Assembly (NCBI GenBank): GCA_051294905.1
Contig: CM119373.1
Span: 12,958,001-13,022,000 of the forward strand
Length of the DNA: 64,000 nucleotides
Reading direction: 5' to 3'
DNA from: Botryllus schlosseri
Lineage: Eukaryota
The notes beneath the pieces are model-generated. The model did not search any database. It worked only from the letters and a program-made list of their open reading frames with translations, and had not been told where the DNA came from. Positions 38,611 through 50,724 of this stretch are shown here, in pieces. A program made the position numbers and the translations under genes. Position 1 is the stretch's first letter. The number at the start of each line of letters is the position of its first letter.

Positions 38611-40564
38611 GTCGCATGCAATATCCTTATCATGTAGGGAAGTTGACCGGCGTCAACTTTCAAAATTAAAAGTAGCCTACATCTTTCTTCCATGCTTGCC
38701 ATGAGCTAAAACTGTCTCTGAGAGAAACAGCTTAAAAACTTATGAAAAATTATACAAAAGCCATTTTCCGCCCCGCCAGAAGAGTCAAAATAAGTATATT
38801 ATATTCACACTTAATTGAAAAAATAATTGCCTCCAAGAGGAACCGCTAAGAAGCTGATGAAAGTTGATTCATAAACCATTTTCTGTGTCGCCAAAAGAAT
38901 CAAAATTCCTGTATTACTTCATAGATGAATGACGTTAGAGTATAAACATTTTCAAAATGTTCCGATGACTGCTTCAAGTTGTTTCGATTGCCTCATACCT
39001 TTTCGCTATATCTCAATATTGTGGTCTTTTGATCTGATGAAAATTTCCGTACATGATGGACTGATTGAAGCTAGACTAAGGATAAAGGCCACCCATTGTC
39101 GTACCAAGTTGGAGTTGGATATGCAACAGAACAAAACTATCCCATCCAAATGACTCCGATTATATTGGAAACTGTGTTATTGTCTCTCAATGTACTAACA
39201 TTAGATAGTTTTACGGCCCGGGTCAATTCGATATTTGAACTTCGAGATTTCGGTCTATATTAATCACGTTTCGTTTATGAATGCCCGGCGATTACTCCAG
39301 CGATTGTAATGGCGTATAACCGTTTTAGCATCTGAGATCCATTGAATGTATCTGACGAATCGGCCCACACAAGCTGGAATAAGTATGAGATTACTGCTCG
39401 TGTCCTGAAAAGCGGTTGAGTCACTATCTTCTATATTACCGAGCAGCTCTATATGTGCTCTAAAGTGATCGAGTTTTCGCAAAACGAACAAATAAATAGG
39501 GAAACAGACGAACTCGCAAAGATACGGCAATTTATCTTTATGAATCATTCAAGTAGAGCGAAATCATCGCTTCTTCTGCAACGGCCGTTTCTCTATCTCC
39601 GAGAGTACGTGCGGGTGGTCCGATACCTCAACAGAACGCTTCATTTGGTGTCTGTATAGTTCTGCAGTCGCTGTAACGGTACCGCAACGCCTCCTGGAAA
39701 TGTAATAACCCACACGCCGCAGTGTACTTTGCCTCGTCGTTTATGGGTATTGAGAGTGCCTTCCGTGCAATAGCGAAAATGTGATTGATTGATAGTTGGT
39801 TACCTCTTCTAAATGTATCGACCAGACTAGGCCTTATGTTAGCCTTTAAAGAACCCTTACATTAAAGGTAACCATGATCGAAACCGCAGTACTCATGAAG
39901 TATGATCAAAATATATCACAATGAAATGCTACTTCATGAAATACTATGTGTATAGCTTCAATTACGATAGTGTAATCATTACTGGTAATGTACTTCTTTT
40001 GCCACTAGTGTACTGGCTTAGTAGCAATATTTGCAGTCACTTGTTATTTACAAATATGTTTCCTTGGGTGTTTTCTGAGGCTAATAGCAAAATCGAATGA
40101 ATGCAAAAACTTTTGGGTCTCTGCTGTCGACTTTGGAACTCAGCTTACTCATCCCTCCGAGCTTTCAAGACGTTATTTTAACAGGGGGATGGGCGATGAA
40201 GAGCTCGTGTAAACCTCCGACGCATAGAAACTTGGCAGAGGCAACACTCGAACCAGTAACCAACTAACCACTGGAGTCGTGACGGTGTCACTTAGCACAC
40301 GACACCGCTCCCTCCCTCGATTTGGATTATACTGGTTGCGGTTTATCGCTATCCCTAACAGACGTTAGCTATGTCACCACCAAGCTCAGGAGATTCTTGA
40401 AATGTCTCATTACCACCTACTATGATTGCATCATGAATTGTGGAGTTTGCATGATAATCATACGATGACAGTATTACGTGGACACCACTCGCAATACTAA
40501 ACTATTCGGCAAGGCAACTGGATGGTGCTGGAAATCACGTTCGCCGTATGAGAGCAATGATACT

Positions 40565-41407
40565 ATTTTGAATAGTATATTCATTATTCATATTGAAATG
40601 AGCCCGAATATTTTCTGCTGACACTCGCATGACGATTTCCCCTGACGAGTGTCAGATAATATTCGGGTTCATTTCAATATGAACATTAGGGCTCTTCAAA
40701 AATGACTTTTTATCTCAAATCGTACTGGCTACTTGATAAAATTGTTAGGTTACCTAATTTAAGCCTACACACAAAATTTGGTTCAATTCCAGCCAGTAAC
40801 CGCTTTCCTACTGGAGAAGTAAGTTTCTATTTATTATATAAAAATAAATAATAAAAAATTTGAAAATTTTCTGTTCACCCCGTGAAAGTGTTAGGCTGTC
40901 TATAGAAACGATGCTCACCAAATTTGGTTCAATTCCAACCAGTGGAAGCGGAGTTATTGCCGTCGAAAAATTTGGATTTGAATAAAATAGTATTTACGGT
41001 GAGCACAACTATAATAAATAAACAAAGAATCGGTCACCGTAAATACTATTTTATTCAAATCCAAATTTTTCGACGGCAATAACTCCGCTTCCAAAGGTTG
41101 GAATTGAACCAAGTTTGGTGAGCATCGTTTTTATAGACAGCCTAACACTTTCCTGGGGTGAACAGAAAATTTTCAAATTATTTGTTATTTATCTTTATAT
41201 AATAAATAGAAACTTACTTCTCCTGTAGCAAAGCGGTTACTGGCTGGAATTGGACCAAATTTTGTGTGTAGGCTTAAATTAGGTAACCTAACAGTTTTAT
41301 CAAGTAGCCAGTACGATTTGGGAAAAAAGTCACTTTTGAAAAGCCCTAATGAACATGCTAAACTATTCAATTGTATATTGAAGTTCTGTACCTCCAAGAA
41401 GCTCTTC
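40565..41407 (-). repeat. Asymmetric hairpin family copy interrupted by a hAT foldback
   Basis: The left part (40565-40686) resumes at 41357 with ...ttcaattgtatattgaagttctgtacctccaagaagctcttc. Confidence 0.75.
40687..41348. mobile_element. 662-bp foldback hAT element, TSD ATGAACAT
   Basis: atgaacat|TAGGGCTCTTCAAAA ... TTTTGAAAAGCCCTA|atgaacat; two ~320-bp arms of high identity with a centre near 41015. Confidence 0.93.
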
Positions 41408-41959
41408 TGGTATGTTGTGTTCTAACGACATTATATAATTAATACTATGGTTAAAGTTTAAACTGCACTATGCATTGCCCACAAATCGGACCTGGAATGA
41501 GCAGCCGTACCGTCCTCGTTCATGAAAACCACCGATATCATCACACTTGTTTTAGGCATGGGTATGGTGTATTAATCCCGGTATCAGATATCTTGAATCT
41601 CATGCGCATATAAATAGATTATAATTCCAGAAAATTATGCAATACTACAATTTACAAACTTTCGAAATGCTATACAAAATCAAAATTCTCCATCGAAAAT
41701 GTATCTCTTCACTTTTCCTAAGCCTATATCTTTTGGTAGTTTGTATTCGAGTGTATGATCTTTTTTCGAGGTTCACGGTGAACCTTTGGTTTGCCGTGAC
41801 AAATTCCGATATCGAAAATGCACCGCTTTATAAGGCACTTAAATCCGGATTCAGATGCATGATTATGATGTATATAAGCACGAATATCAGACTGCAGCAT
41901 TTTTGCTGGATTAAAGTCTCATCTATAGATTTAGTATTATCGTGATTTTGAGATTTACA

Positions 41960-42968
41960 ATGATTCGAGTACTCAATCTGAATCGAGTATTCATTCCAAT
42001 GTATAGTGAGAACCGATATTTTCGAGCACTGAAATTATAGTTTAGATACCAATACCACTATAGAATCCTGGGAATCTCGAGCGGGCGTATCATAGCATCC
42101 AAAACATGTAGAACAATGGTACGCAATTTAGTATAGAAAGTACATTTCTGCGATGTATACTGAACAACTCCCCAAAATCAAATCATCCAATGTGGTGTAT
42201 AGCTTTCAATATGTTTATGGCCACATTCCTGCATAAAAGGTACAAATTTGAACTTGTCGAGTACTGAAATTATACGCTCCTTAACCACTATGAGTTAATA
42301 TATCAACGAGCATTATAATTTAGATGCCATTTTCCACTGGAAGGCTGTAATCCCCGATTTGTCGTATCGCAGCATACGAAACATATAGAACAATGCTACA
42401 CACGTTAGCGGAAATGGCATATCGGGGAGGTCGCGATCAACCGACATTACTGTCGCAAAGTGCAACGAACTAGGCATGGTCGAAAAATACAATATTGTCT
42501 TTAATGTGATGTAGTGTAGATATGGCATTGTATTATCCGTAGTCACCTAAAAACATAAGCTATTTGAACTTTCCACATCATTAATACTGATGTGGCGGCG
42601 TAATCAGTGATCAGCAGTGGTCAGTAACGAAGTACTTCTACTTTTTGAAGTACTTGAAGTAGATTTTGCCTACACAAACTACTTTTTAAGTAGTTATGAT
42701 TTTAGACTACTTCTACTTCTACTTGACAGTTTTCAGTTTTGTAGGCAAAAATAACCGTAAAATGCCTACTTACTTACTTACTTGTAAACCACCACTCCTA
42801 CTTCTACTTGAGTAGAAATTCCGGCGTTACTTCTACTTCTACTTGAGTAGCGACGGTGACTACTTTGACCACCTCTGTCAGTGATACGCGAATATTCTCG
42901 ACTGGAACTGACGCCGAATACTCAATGCAGAATCGAATCACTCAGGCAGTCGAATCTTCCCAGCTCTA
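41960..42968 (-). mobile_element. Degenerate copy of the 12596-family MITE, with an internal duplication and a nested insertion
   Basis: gattcgagtactc...gaatcgaatcactcagg...cttcccagctcta is the reverse complement of the 12596 left end; interrupted at 42612-42877. Confidence 0.7.
42612..42877 (-). mobile_element. hAT MITE rich in (AGTAGA)n, 266 bp, TSD TCAGTGAT
   Basis: tcagtgat|CAGCAGTGGTCAGTAA ... TTTGACCACCTCTG|tcagtgat. Confidence 0.9.
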
Positions 42969-43085
42969 ATTATAATGCGACTGAATTGTAATTGGTGGAG
43001 GAAGGGTTGGATCTAAACATGTGAAATCATAACATCTCTAAACACAGTTTATTAGATGCAAATATGTTCCATGCCCTCATTCCAT

Positions 43086-43496
43086 CAGGGGTTCCCAGCC
43101 TGTGATCCATAAGCCTTTTTCAAGGAGGCCATGAAAGTAATTATGACCTCTAAGTCTATTCCAATATTACAAGAGAAATAGATTAAAATTGAAACGCTAA
43201 TACAGCATTAGGATACTTTTTGATATTGTGGATACTGTCTTTGTTTTACTAATAGATTTATTGATATGATTATTTTAGAACTGGCGCAATGGCTCCCTCT
43301 GCTGGATGAGGGAAGTATGAAGAAAGTCATCTTAAGCGTGGCATAACCTGTCGACATGAAATAGGAGAGTGCAACCCGCAGTGTGTTTTATGTTCAATAG
43401 TTATGGCAAATAAGTCCATGAAATCAAGAAAGCTGAAAGTTGGAAAATAGTAGGGACATTGATTTTTCATAAATTTCAAAAGGTTGGGAACCCCTG
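43086..43496. mobile_element. Probable Charlie-like hAT MITE in the ankyrin 3' UTR region (no TSD)
   Basis: CAGGGGTTCCCAGCCT ... AGGTTGGGAACCCCTG inverted ends, but the flanks do not match. A similar left end lies at 62193. Confidence 0.55.
43257..43262 (-). terminator. Candidate AATAAA poly(A) signal for the ankyrin gene (second candidate at 43048-43053)
   Basis: AATAAA about 350 nt downstream of the stop codon on the sense strand. Confidence 0.3.
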
Positions 43497-43615
43497 GTCT
43501 AAATCGATCGCTAAATGATACTATTGTATGTTTGGAACGAGCACGGGGACAGTGTACACTGGAGAACTGATGTGTACTTGAGGAAGTACGCTGCGTCTGC
43601 TTTGGAATTGAAATA

Positions 43616-43837
43616 TCAGTCTGCATGCCGGGATGTAGCGCTCCGACCACCGGCAGACCCCGCGTTTCTACTGCCACGCGACACTCTCGACGTCGCGCTT
43701 CCGGGTACCCGGTTACGCGTGGCGGTTTTCGAATCCGGTCGTCCTTTCGTCAAGTTGGAGCCCGCGGTTGATCCCTCGAAGCCAATGATGCTCCCGACCT
43801 CGTCTGACATCTCCGACTGCTCCTTGTCGACGTTGTC
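43616..43837 (-). CDS. Ankyrin protein, probable last coding exon (DNVDKEQSEMSDEVGS...SATSRHAD*)
   Basis: aataaccag|GAC ... TGA, phase 0. The ten exons total 2052 bp (684 codons) in one frame. The acceptor is pyrimidine-poor. Confidence 0.72.
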   Translation of the reverse strand, partial: DNVDKEQSEMSDEVGSIIGFEGSTAGSNLTKGRPDSKTATRNRVPGSATSRVSRGSRNAGSAGGRSATSRHAD

Positions 43838-44749
43838 CTGGTTATTTTTAGATCGTGAGAAATCATGTGGTAAGGTCAGAGCCAACTACAAAGCTTCTTT
43901 ACTATTTTGTAAATTATATTGGAATTAGAATTCCTGCTACACAGCAATTTTCCCAGATAAGATTAGAATTAGACTTGGAATTACTGAATTCGAAAAAAAT
44001 ATGGAAATTGAATAAAATTCCTAATTAAAATACAACAAAAATCCAGTTCGAGTCATATCAAATTGAAGTTCATCCTCATAAGTATGAGACTAGCAGATTC
44101 TGCACACCAAGGTAGGCTCGTTATGTAATACACACTTGACCTGCATCATTTTCGGGAGAGCCAGAAATTAGTTTGATTAGAATTCGGCATTTCGCTCTGA
44201 TCAGGCTAATTAATGAACTAGAATTCTGTAGTCGACCAAGTCTTGTTACGATATATGGATTTAGAATTCCATCTGTTCATATTGTTGAGTACAATAACCT
44301 ATATGTGGATTCAATATGCTTTAGATCAGTAATTTCTAACCGTGGTTGATCCGAACTGGAGGGGTTCCCTGGGCGGCGGTCAACACGCAAACCGATTCAT
44401 ACAGTACAATTCACACTGATTTGCCGTTAATATTCAGTAATGTGAATTCACAATTCTTTTTTGTGCAATACATAGTCATGTAGGGTTATTAGATGTGTAA
44501 TTTGGCTTGACTAGGCAAAATAAGGTTAAGAGCGACTGCTTTAGAATATGGCTTTTTTGCGATAGGTAACAAAGCTTTTCGGAATCTTTGCATTCCTAAA
44601 TCACGATGGCCATGTCGTTTCAATATTAATCCTACTTATTGGCGAGAAGGGCTATTCTAGGTACCTCTCGCCTCTCGGACCATAGTGCGATTTCATCCGA
44701 AATAAATCATTACAGGTCGTTCCCGTATGTAGTCTTGCGTATGCATTAC

Positions 44750-44852
44750 CTGAGCGGGTAACGATGGAGGTTTCTTCACGGGCGGCGTCCATAAGCAACT
44801 GTCGGTGTACAATCGGAAGATGGTGTCCAACTGGTTGTAATTCTTTTGGTTC
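44750..44852 (-). CDS. Ankyrin protein exon (NQKNYNQLDTIFRLYTDSCLWTPPVKKPPSLPAQ)
   Basis: Not in the ORF track. Strong acceptor ttctctgtccaatcttacttttag|G ... CAG|gtaatg, phase 2 to 0. Confidence 0.8.
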
Positions 44853-46060
44853 CTAAAAGTAAGATTGGACAGAGAATAACGTAGATATATCCATGAAAAA
44901 ATACGGTGTGTAACGTATTAAAACTTCGCCATGTATATTGTAGCCTATGCATAGTTACAACCTATACTTTTACTTGATAAAAGTCACACGCACCGTAGGA
45001 TGGATGTAGGCCTACTGATGTAATGATGCAGAAGAAATAACTACTCCAATGATTGACTCATTTCACACCGTATTGCAGTAAACGTTCATATTGCCAAATT
45101 TATTCCACTCGAAGCTTTTCCACTGGCTATCATCGGGAGCCAATGTATCGTTTGCTGCAATATCGAAGTTCTGTATGCTTCCAAATACCTACTCGATTCA
45201 TAGCATACACGCATTTCCGCTCAGGTCTAATTTCCATGCAATATATGTAGCTTTACAGAAATCAAACTTCCCGGACTGCTGGCTTCAGCGAGGGAAGTGT
45301 GGCAACCACGACCTCAGATCGCGTTTATAGCAGTATGGAGATAGATAAGAAATATTCACGAGCGCCAGCAGCAGTCTGATTTACATAAAATATACAATAC
45401 TCCAATCTAACTTGGGTTTCAATCAAACACCCATGTTTATAACTAATAACGTGCTCTGAAAAAGGATGATGCAAATGCATTTTTAGAATTATCAATGATT
45501 TTATGTTTTCAGATATGTGATACTGGCTTAATTATTTTCCAGATATCATGTAGTTACGTGACTTACGTCTACTTTCACTAGAAATAGCGGCAGCGTATCC
45601 GATCTTCGTCCCATAGTGACATTAGTTGTAATATTGAATTAAAGGTGAATATTTTACCATTTAGGCAGCTGGTTAAATACACCCATCTATCGAATCTCTT
45701 CCTTGAGTTGTTCATCAGAAGCGACTATATATAGTGGCTATAACGCCTGAATAACTCGAGACTACGAATTGAACAAAACACATCGATTTGCGATACCATG
45801 GTCGACACACCGCGATGCACTGATGCATCTGCGATCCTGGAAAAATTATCATTATGACATGTTTTGCACATTTTGAATGTACATTACATGCTTTTGTTTT
45901 GTGTTCATGACGCAAGATGAGCTATGCATGAATAACAATGAACACTATGCCCGAAAGCCATGCAATGGTGACTTTGTCAAGGGAAAAATGTCTTGCACAG
46001 AACTCTTGAGCATTTCATTTCTGCACATACATACAAATGAACCAAATATTGTATTTTATA

Positions 46061-47385
46061 CAGAGGTGGTCAAAGTAGTCAAGAAAGCTTCTCAAGTAGA
46101 AGTAGAAGTAGCGACGAAAAAATCTACTCAAGTACGAGTAGAAGTACTTCTTCCATAAGCACTCGAAAACTACTTGAAGTAGAAGTAGAATTGACTAACT
46201 TTAAAAGTACTCAAGTAAGTAAGTAGTTGTGAAAACGATCCTAATCCGTTCACATGGATTGTAAAAAGGTGCAAATTGAGCTACGCGAAAGGTGACGAGC
46301 TTGATTCATATTGATGCATACCAGCAGGTATCCAATTTTCGATAGCATAAGCATTCGTCCTCATCATGAGAAGAAAATGATAGGATTGACATGGAAATGC
46401 GATAGTTATCCTCTGTTTTCTCGAACAGCACGTTTTAGAAAATAGCATGGTATGGCGCCATCCCCCATATTATAAGGTCCGTAGTTTAGTCGAAGAGCAA
46501 TACGGGGAAGTTGTATAGGATACGGTGTAGACGCTAATAAAAAATATTGGGGACCGTAAAAATGCGATATGTGTAGCTTTGTTTCCGGAAATTAAAGGCA
46601 TTACTACACTTGCTTTTATACTTCAACATGTATGTTATCCAGACAAAAGAACTGATTTTAATTATAACCCAAGGTATATGATACTGCATGGGAATTGAAA
46701 ATGAAACATAAATACTGCTTCTAAAGGCGGAACACGTTTTTCGTGCCCTTAGTCCAGAAAGTTTCAAAGGTGCTATGCTAAAACAGATCTTAAACTAACA
46801 AAAAATGTCAGAGTCCACTTTGCCAGGTTAGGACGCGCCACGGACATGCTAGATTACGATATGGCAAGTAAATGCTAGATTGCGAAACATCAGTTTCAAA
46901 CGTTTTGAGGATCCATATGTACTGTGATGAATTATTTCATATGGGCGAAGGGGGACAATGTGGTGTGAACGCAGGGATATCTAGATATCTAATTCTAGAT
47001 ATCCCTGTGTGAACGGAACCACGCCAACCCGCTACCTAAATTATATTCATCGATACTTCCGTGAAATCGTACTGGTAACTCCGTATCCACTGCGCGCGAA
47101 GCGCGACGAAAATTCTGGGCTTTACTTAATTTTTATGACAATTGAATGTTGATACTCCGCGAAAACAGCCCCGAAATTTCTCAGGCTATCTTCCTGATTG
47201 AAAGATTGAACTACTTCTACTTGACAAACTGAAAATAGCGAAAAGTAAGTAAGTAGATCACAAAATATTACGAAGTAGAAGTAGAAGTAGCGAAAATCAG
47301 ATCTACTTGAGTAAGTACCAGAAGTAGAGGAAAACTACTTGAGTACTTCGAAAAAGTAGAAGTACTTCGTTACTGACCACCTCTG
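46061..47385 (+). mobile_element. hAT element, 1325 bp, same TIR family as 42612-42877, TSD ATTTTATA
   Basis: attttata|CAGAGGTGGTCAAAGTAG ... TTACTGACCACCTCTG|attttata; AGTAGA-rich ends of about 170-180 bp around a ~1-kb unrelated interior. Confidence 0.9.
46972..47007. mobile_element. 36-bp micro-element with 14-bp TIRs, TSD TGTGAACG
   Basis: tgtgaacg|CAGGGATATCTAGA tatctaat TCTAGATATCCCTG|tgtgaacg. Confidence 0.8.
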
Positions 47386-47600
47386 ATTTTATATGGTCAT
47401 TTTCATATGAATGTGGTCATGACCATGACTGATAAAACATGATATAAACAAGGGGCATGTTTTCAAACTCTGTTTTTTTTTCAAATGCATTTTAATTTTA
47501 ATCACAACCCAAAATGGAGCTATGATCTCAAAACCTACTTGGCTATGCGTCACATTATTCGTGAAATAGAATATTGATGAAAATGCAATGCTATGCGTAC

Positions 47601-47734
47601 TTCGATTTTGGATGGAATTGATGATAATCCGTAGAATCAGTAATGTCACTCTCCGAAATCAATGTATCCAGCGAGAGATTCGAAGTTGCGTGAAGCAGCC
47701 TCATAGCCAGATTCGAACCTTGGATTTGCCCCGC
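47601..47734 (-). CDS. Ankyrin protein exon (AGQIQGSNLAMRLLHATSNLSLDTLISESDITDSTDYHQFHPKSK)
   Basis: ctgaccattcttttggcgttacag|GCG ... AA|gtacgc, phase 0 to 2; bridges the phases of its neighbouring exons. Confidence 0.8.
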
Positions 47735-48472
47735 CTGTAACGCCAAAAGAATGGTCAGATAGCATTCTCGCAAATACAATGGAGGGGTTATTTCAAGTGC
47801 GGAAAAACGGCGCATACCACCTATCGATGCCTGAATTCAAACGTCTTAGTATTCAATAAGTACACATATGTGTTTACCAATGTATACGGCTTTAGGTATT
47901 GACACAATAGATTCGAACCGCGGTTTCTATACTATATCTGTACTGCTTGATAAAGCCGATGTATTGGAGAACAAAGGTTTTGTAATCTTGCAATCTTGCA
48001 TGCATCATGGCTTAAAGTCAAAGGGATCTCTCGTGCGATATCGATTGACGGAACTGTCAATCGAAACCGCTTTGCCCGAAAAGCGATTATTACGTTTCCA
48101 CAAGTTCATTATTCTCGTTGGTTCACATCGAATCATGTGATTCGATATGGACCTGATATTAATCAAAATGCAGGACTCCAATACATTGAATCGTGTTGTC
48201 GATCCATACACTGATTATTTTCGAACTATGTTATTGAAAGAATATTACAAAAAGCATATCTCTACCATGAGTAAGCTCTGGTCGTAGAAAAGCAATCGCA
48301 ATCCACTTATGTCCCTTGCTGTTTACATACGTGTTTGAGATATAAGCTTCAGCTCTCAATGATAATAACTCAAGACAATAATTCATGAGAAACTTGTATC
48401 GTGTCGCAAAGACAACACATCGTCAGATATCGTATTACATTCTCAAGGATAACATCATCAAACCCCACTCAC

Positions 48473-48689
48473 CGATTGCTTTCTCGAATCGTAGCCGGAC
48501 AGCATCGAAGACGTGTCCGCGTTCGCGCTGTTTATTGATGACTTCCTACGTTGACCGGACGATGTCTTCGGCGGTTCCAATACCGTAACATGCGCCTTCC
48601 CCGCTTTCTGCCGTCTCGGCGATGTTTTGTTCTGTCGTCCGCTGATAATGGCCGACATCCATTGCTCCGTGGAGGTGCTCGAAGCCGGC
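48473..48689 (-). CDS. Ankyrin protein exon (PASSTSTEQWMSAIISGRQ...SMLSGYDSRKQS)
   Basis: ctctcag|G ... TCG|gtgagt, phase 2 to 0. Confidence 0.85.
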
Positions 48690-49169
48690 CTGAGAGTAAT
48701 GATGCAGGACGCGATGATTGGACGTGTTGATTTCAAAAATTTGCGTCGACTGGTGAGAGATGATTATGTCGACTAATGAAATTATTACCTCCTTGTCACT
48801 AAGGTTTGATTTATCAAGGCGAAATATAGTTCTCATACTATTTTCTACTACGCAAGGCTGTAAACCTCGATCGATAGTATAGCAGCATACGAAACATGTA
48901 GTGCAAAGCTACGCAAGTTCATGGAAATGACATTGTCATTGTCACTAAGTGTAATGGTACGCTCCAAAAATTACAAATAATTATTAATGTGATGTGGAAC
49001 TGGAATTGTATTCTTTGTGTTGGCATAAAAAGTAAATATGAGTACTGCCACATCATTCATACTGTTGTGAGGCCATATTGAGTGATACTCGAACATTCGA
49101 CTCGAGTCGAAGCGTAACACTCGATTTAAAATCGGTACTCAGGTACTCCAGGATCCTCCCTGTCACGGG

Positions 49170-49607
49170 AGCCGCGTAAGCTGAGTCTTACAAAATACTA
49201 GAACGAATGTGGCCCGTGCTACAAGTTGGCAGATCACGAAATATAATCTGAAATATCGGCCTGGCGTAAATGACCGAAGTAGTCGACCCATCATGGATAC
49301 CAAAAACAACAGTAGCCACAACAGCTCAGGTGGCATGATAACGCAGTGGTATAATCCACAGCTAAAACACCAATGGGTTGCGGGTTCGAATCCGACCGAG
49401 GTCGACTACAGAATTCCTACTCAAGTGTAGGAGGTTTATCTAGGCTCCTCCTCGCCATCTCATCCGTGTAAGCGGTGTCTTGTAAAAAGCCTATAGAAGT
49501 GGTCCGTGCTACAAGTCGGCAGATACGAAATAAAAATGAAGAAAATTAGCTTGGTATAAATGACTATAGAGTAGTCGATAAACACCATGAATACCACAAA
49601 CAACAAC
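49170..49607 (+). mobile_element. SINE family 1: a 3' fragment (about 49170-49315) followed by a full copy (about 49330-49607)
   Basis: A-box tgataacgcagtgg and B-box ggttcgaatcc; flanked by acaacagctcaggt / acaacaactcaggt. Confidence 0.88.
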
Positions 49608-49635
49608 TCAGGTACTCTATTTTGCCCAGCCATAC

Positions 49636-50060
49636 CTGAAGGTAGCGGTGCTGGCTCGCGTGATCTTCCGCCTCGACTTATCTCGCAACGCTTGCTTCAG
49701 CTTCTGTATCGCGTAGATTTCCGCAGACTTTTCGGCGTTGATCGCCATCATTTGCAACTGCCTGGCGCTCTCTTGGTAGAAAGGAGATTTGGCGCCTGAC
49801 GAGGCTGGTGTCTTGGAAGCTTGTCTGCTTTGACTGCGCGAAACCGATTCCCGCCCGCCTGCTCGCGACGGCTGTCCTGAGTGTGGATCTTCTATGATCG
49901 ATTCCAAATCGTCGAGGCGCCATGTCCTCCGGCTGCCGCGAGACGTAGCGAAGCTTACGGTGCTTTCTGCTCCGGCGTCGCGCTTCGGGGATGTGGTGAC
50001 TGGATTTGGAAAAGGTGTGATCAGATGAGAGGGATCGGGGGTTTCTTCTTGAAGTTCCTC
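49636..50060 (-). CDS. Ankyrin protein exon (EELQEETPDP...AIQKLKQALRDKSRRKITRASTATFR)
   Basis: ctattccag|GAG ... AG|gtatgg, phase 0 to 2; S/R/P-rich, with a helical segment. Confidence 0.87.
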
Positions 50061-50724
50061 CTGGAATAGGGTTGGGAGTAGTAGTATTCGATTGGGTGAA
50101 ATTAATCGATGCACTGCTACGTTTACTACCAAATCAAACTATTTTAATGAAGGAACTGAGACGACAGACGAAAGGCAGGGGAAGACTGATTTTCCAAAGT
50201 GGCACCTATTTCTTCATTTGACGTTTGTCGCCAAGATATCCCCTGCAATTCCGATGGCGACCGCATCTGTTGGTAAAAATATGCCACCCGTCGACCACGT
50301 CTACTTTTTGAGTGGTTTGCAAATCTGCAGATCGACTTGAACTAGTTTGGATATGTCTTTAAAATGGTCAGGTGAAGTTGTAGAAATCTACTGGGTTACT
50401 TCTACGTCTACTAGCAATGCTGATTACTTTGTCCGCCTCTAGTTTTCATATATCCCAATGCTCACGTGTCCTCAATTGTGGCATAGTTAACTGTCACGTG
50501 ATTGTGTCACGTGCTCCAATGAAGTGCAACCATTTTTAAATCCTATCAATCCAGAGTTGGAATGGGGCCTTGCACACATGACCTGAACCCAGCCCGACTC
50601 AGAGACTTTGCACGGGAGCCCGATCCCAAACCGCGGAAACCTACTTGAAACATGTCATACGGACCATAGAATGTAATGACGCTGGAATGAACCATTCAAC
50701 AATACACGCCTGAATGGAACCTAC

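Noticed and set aside
34698-43616. Operon-like co-transcription of the ankyrin gene and Patched
   Set aside because: The 8.9-kb TE-rich gap, poly(A) candidates and a separate promoter-like region argue against it.
44750-44852. Second open frame of this exon (EPKELQPVGHH...) joined directly from the 48473 donor
   Set aside because: It would shift the last exon into a short, implausible frame. The 47601-47734 exon resolves the phases correctly.
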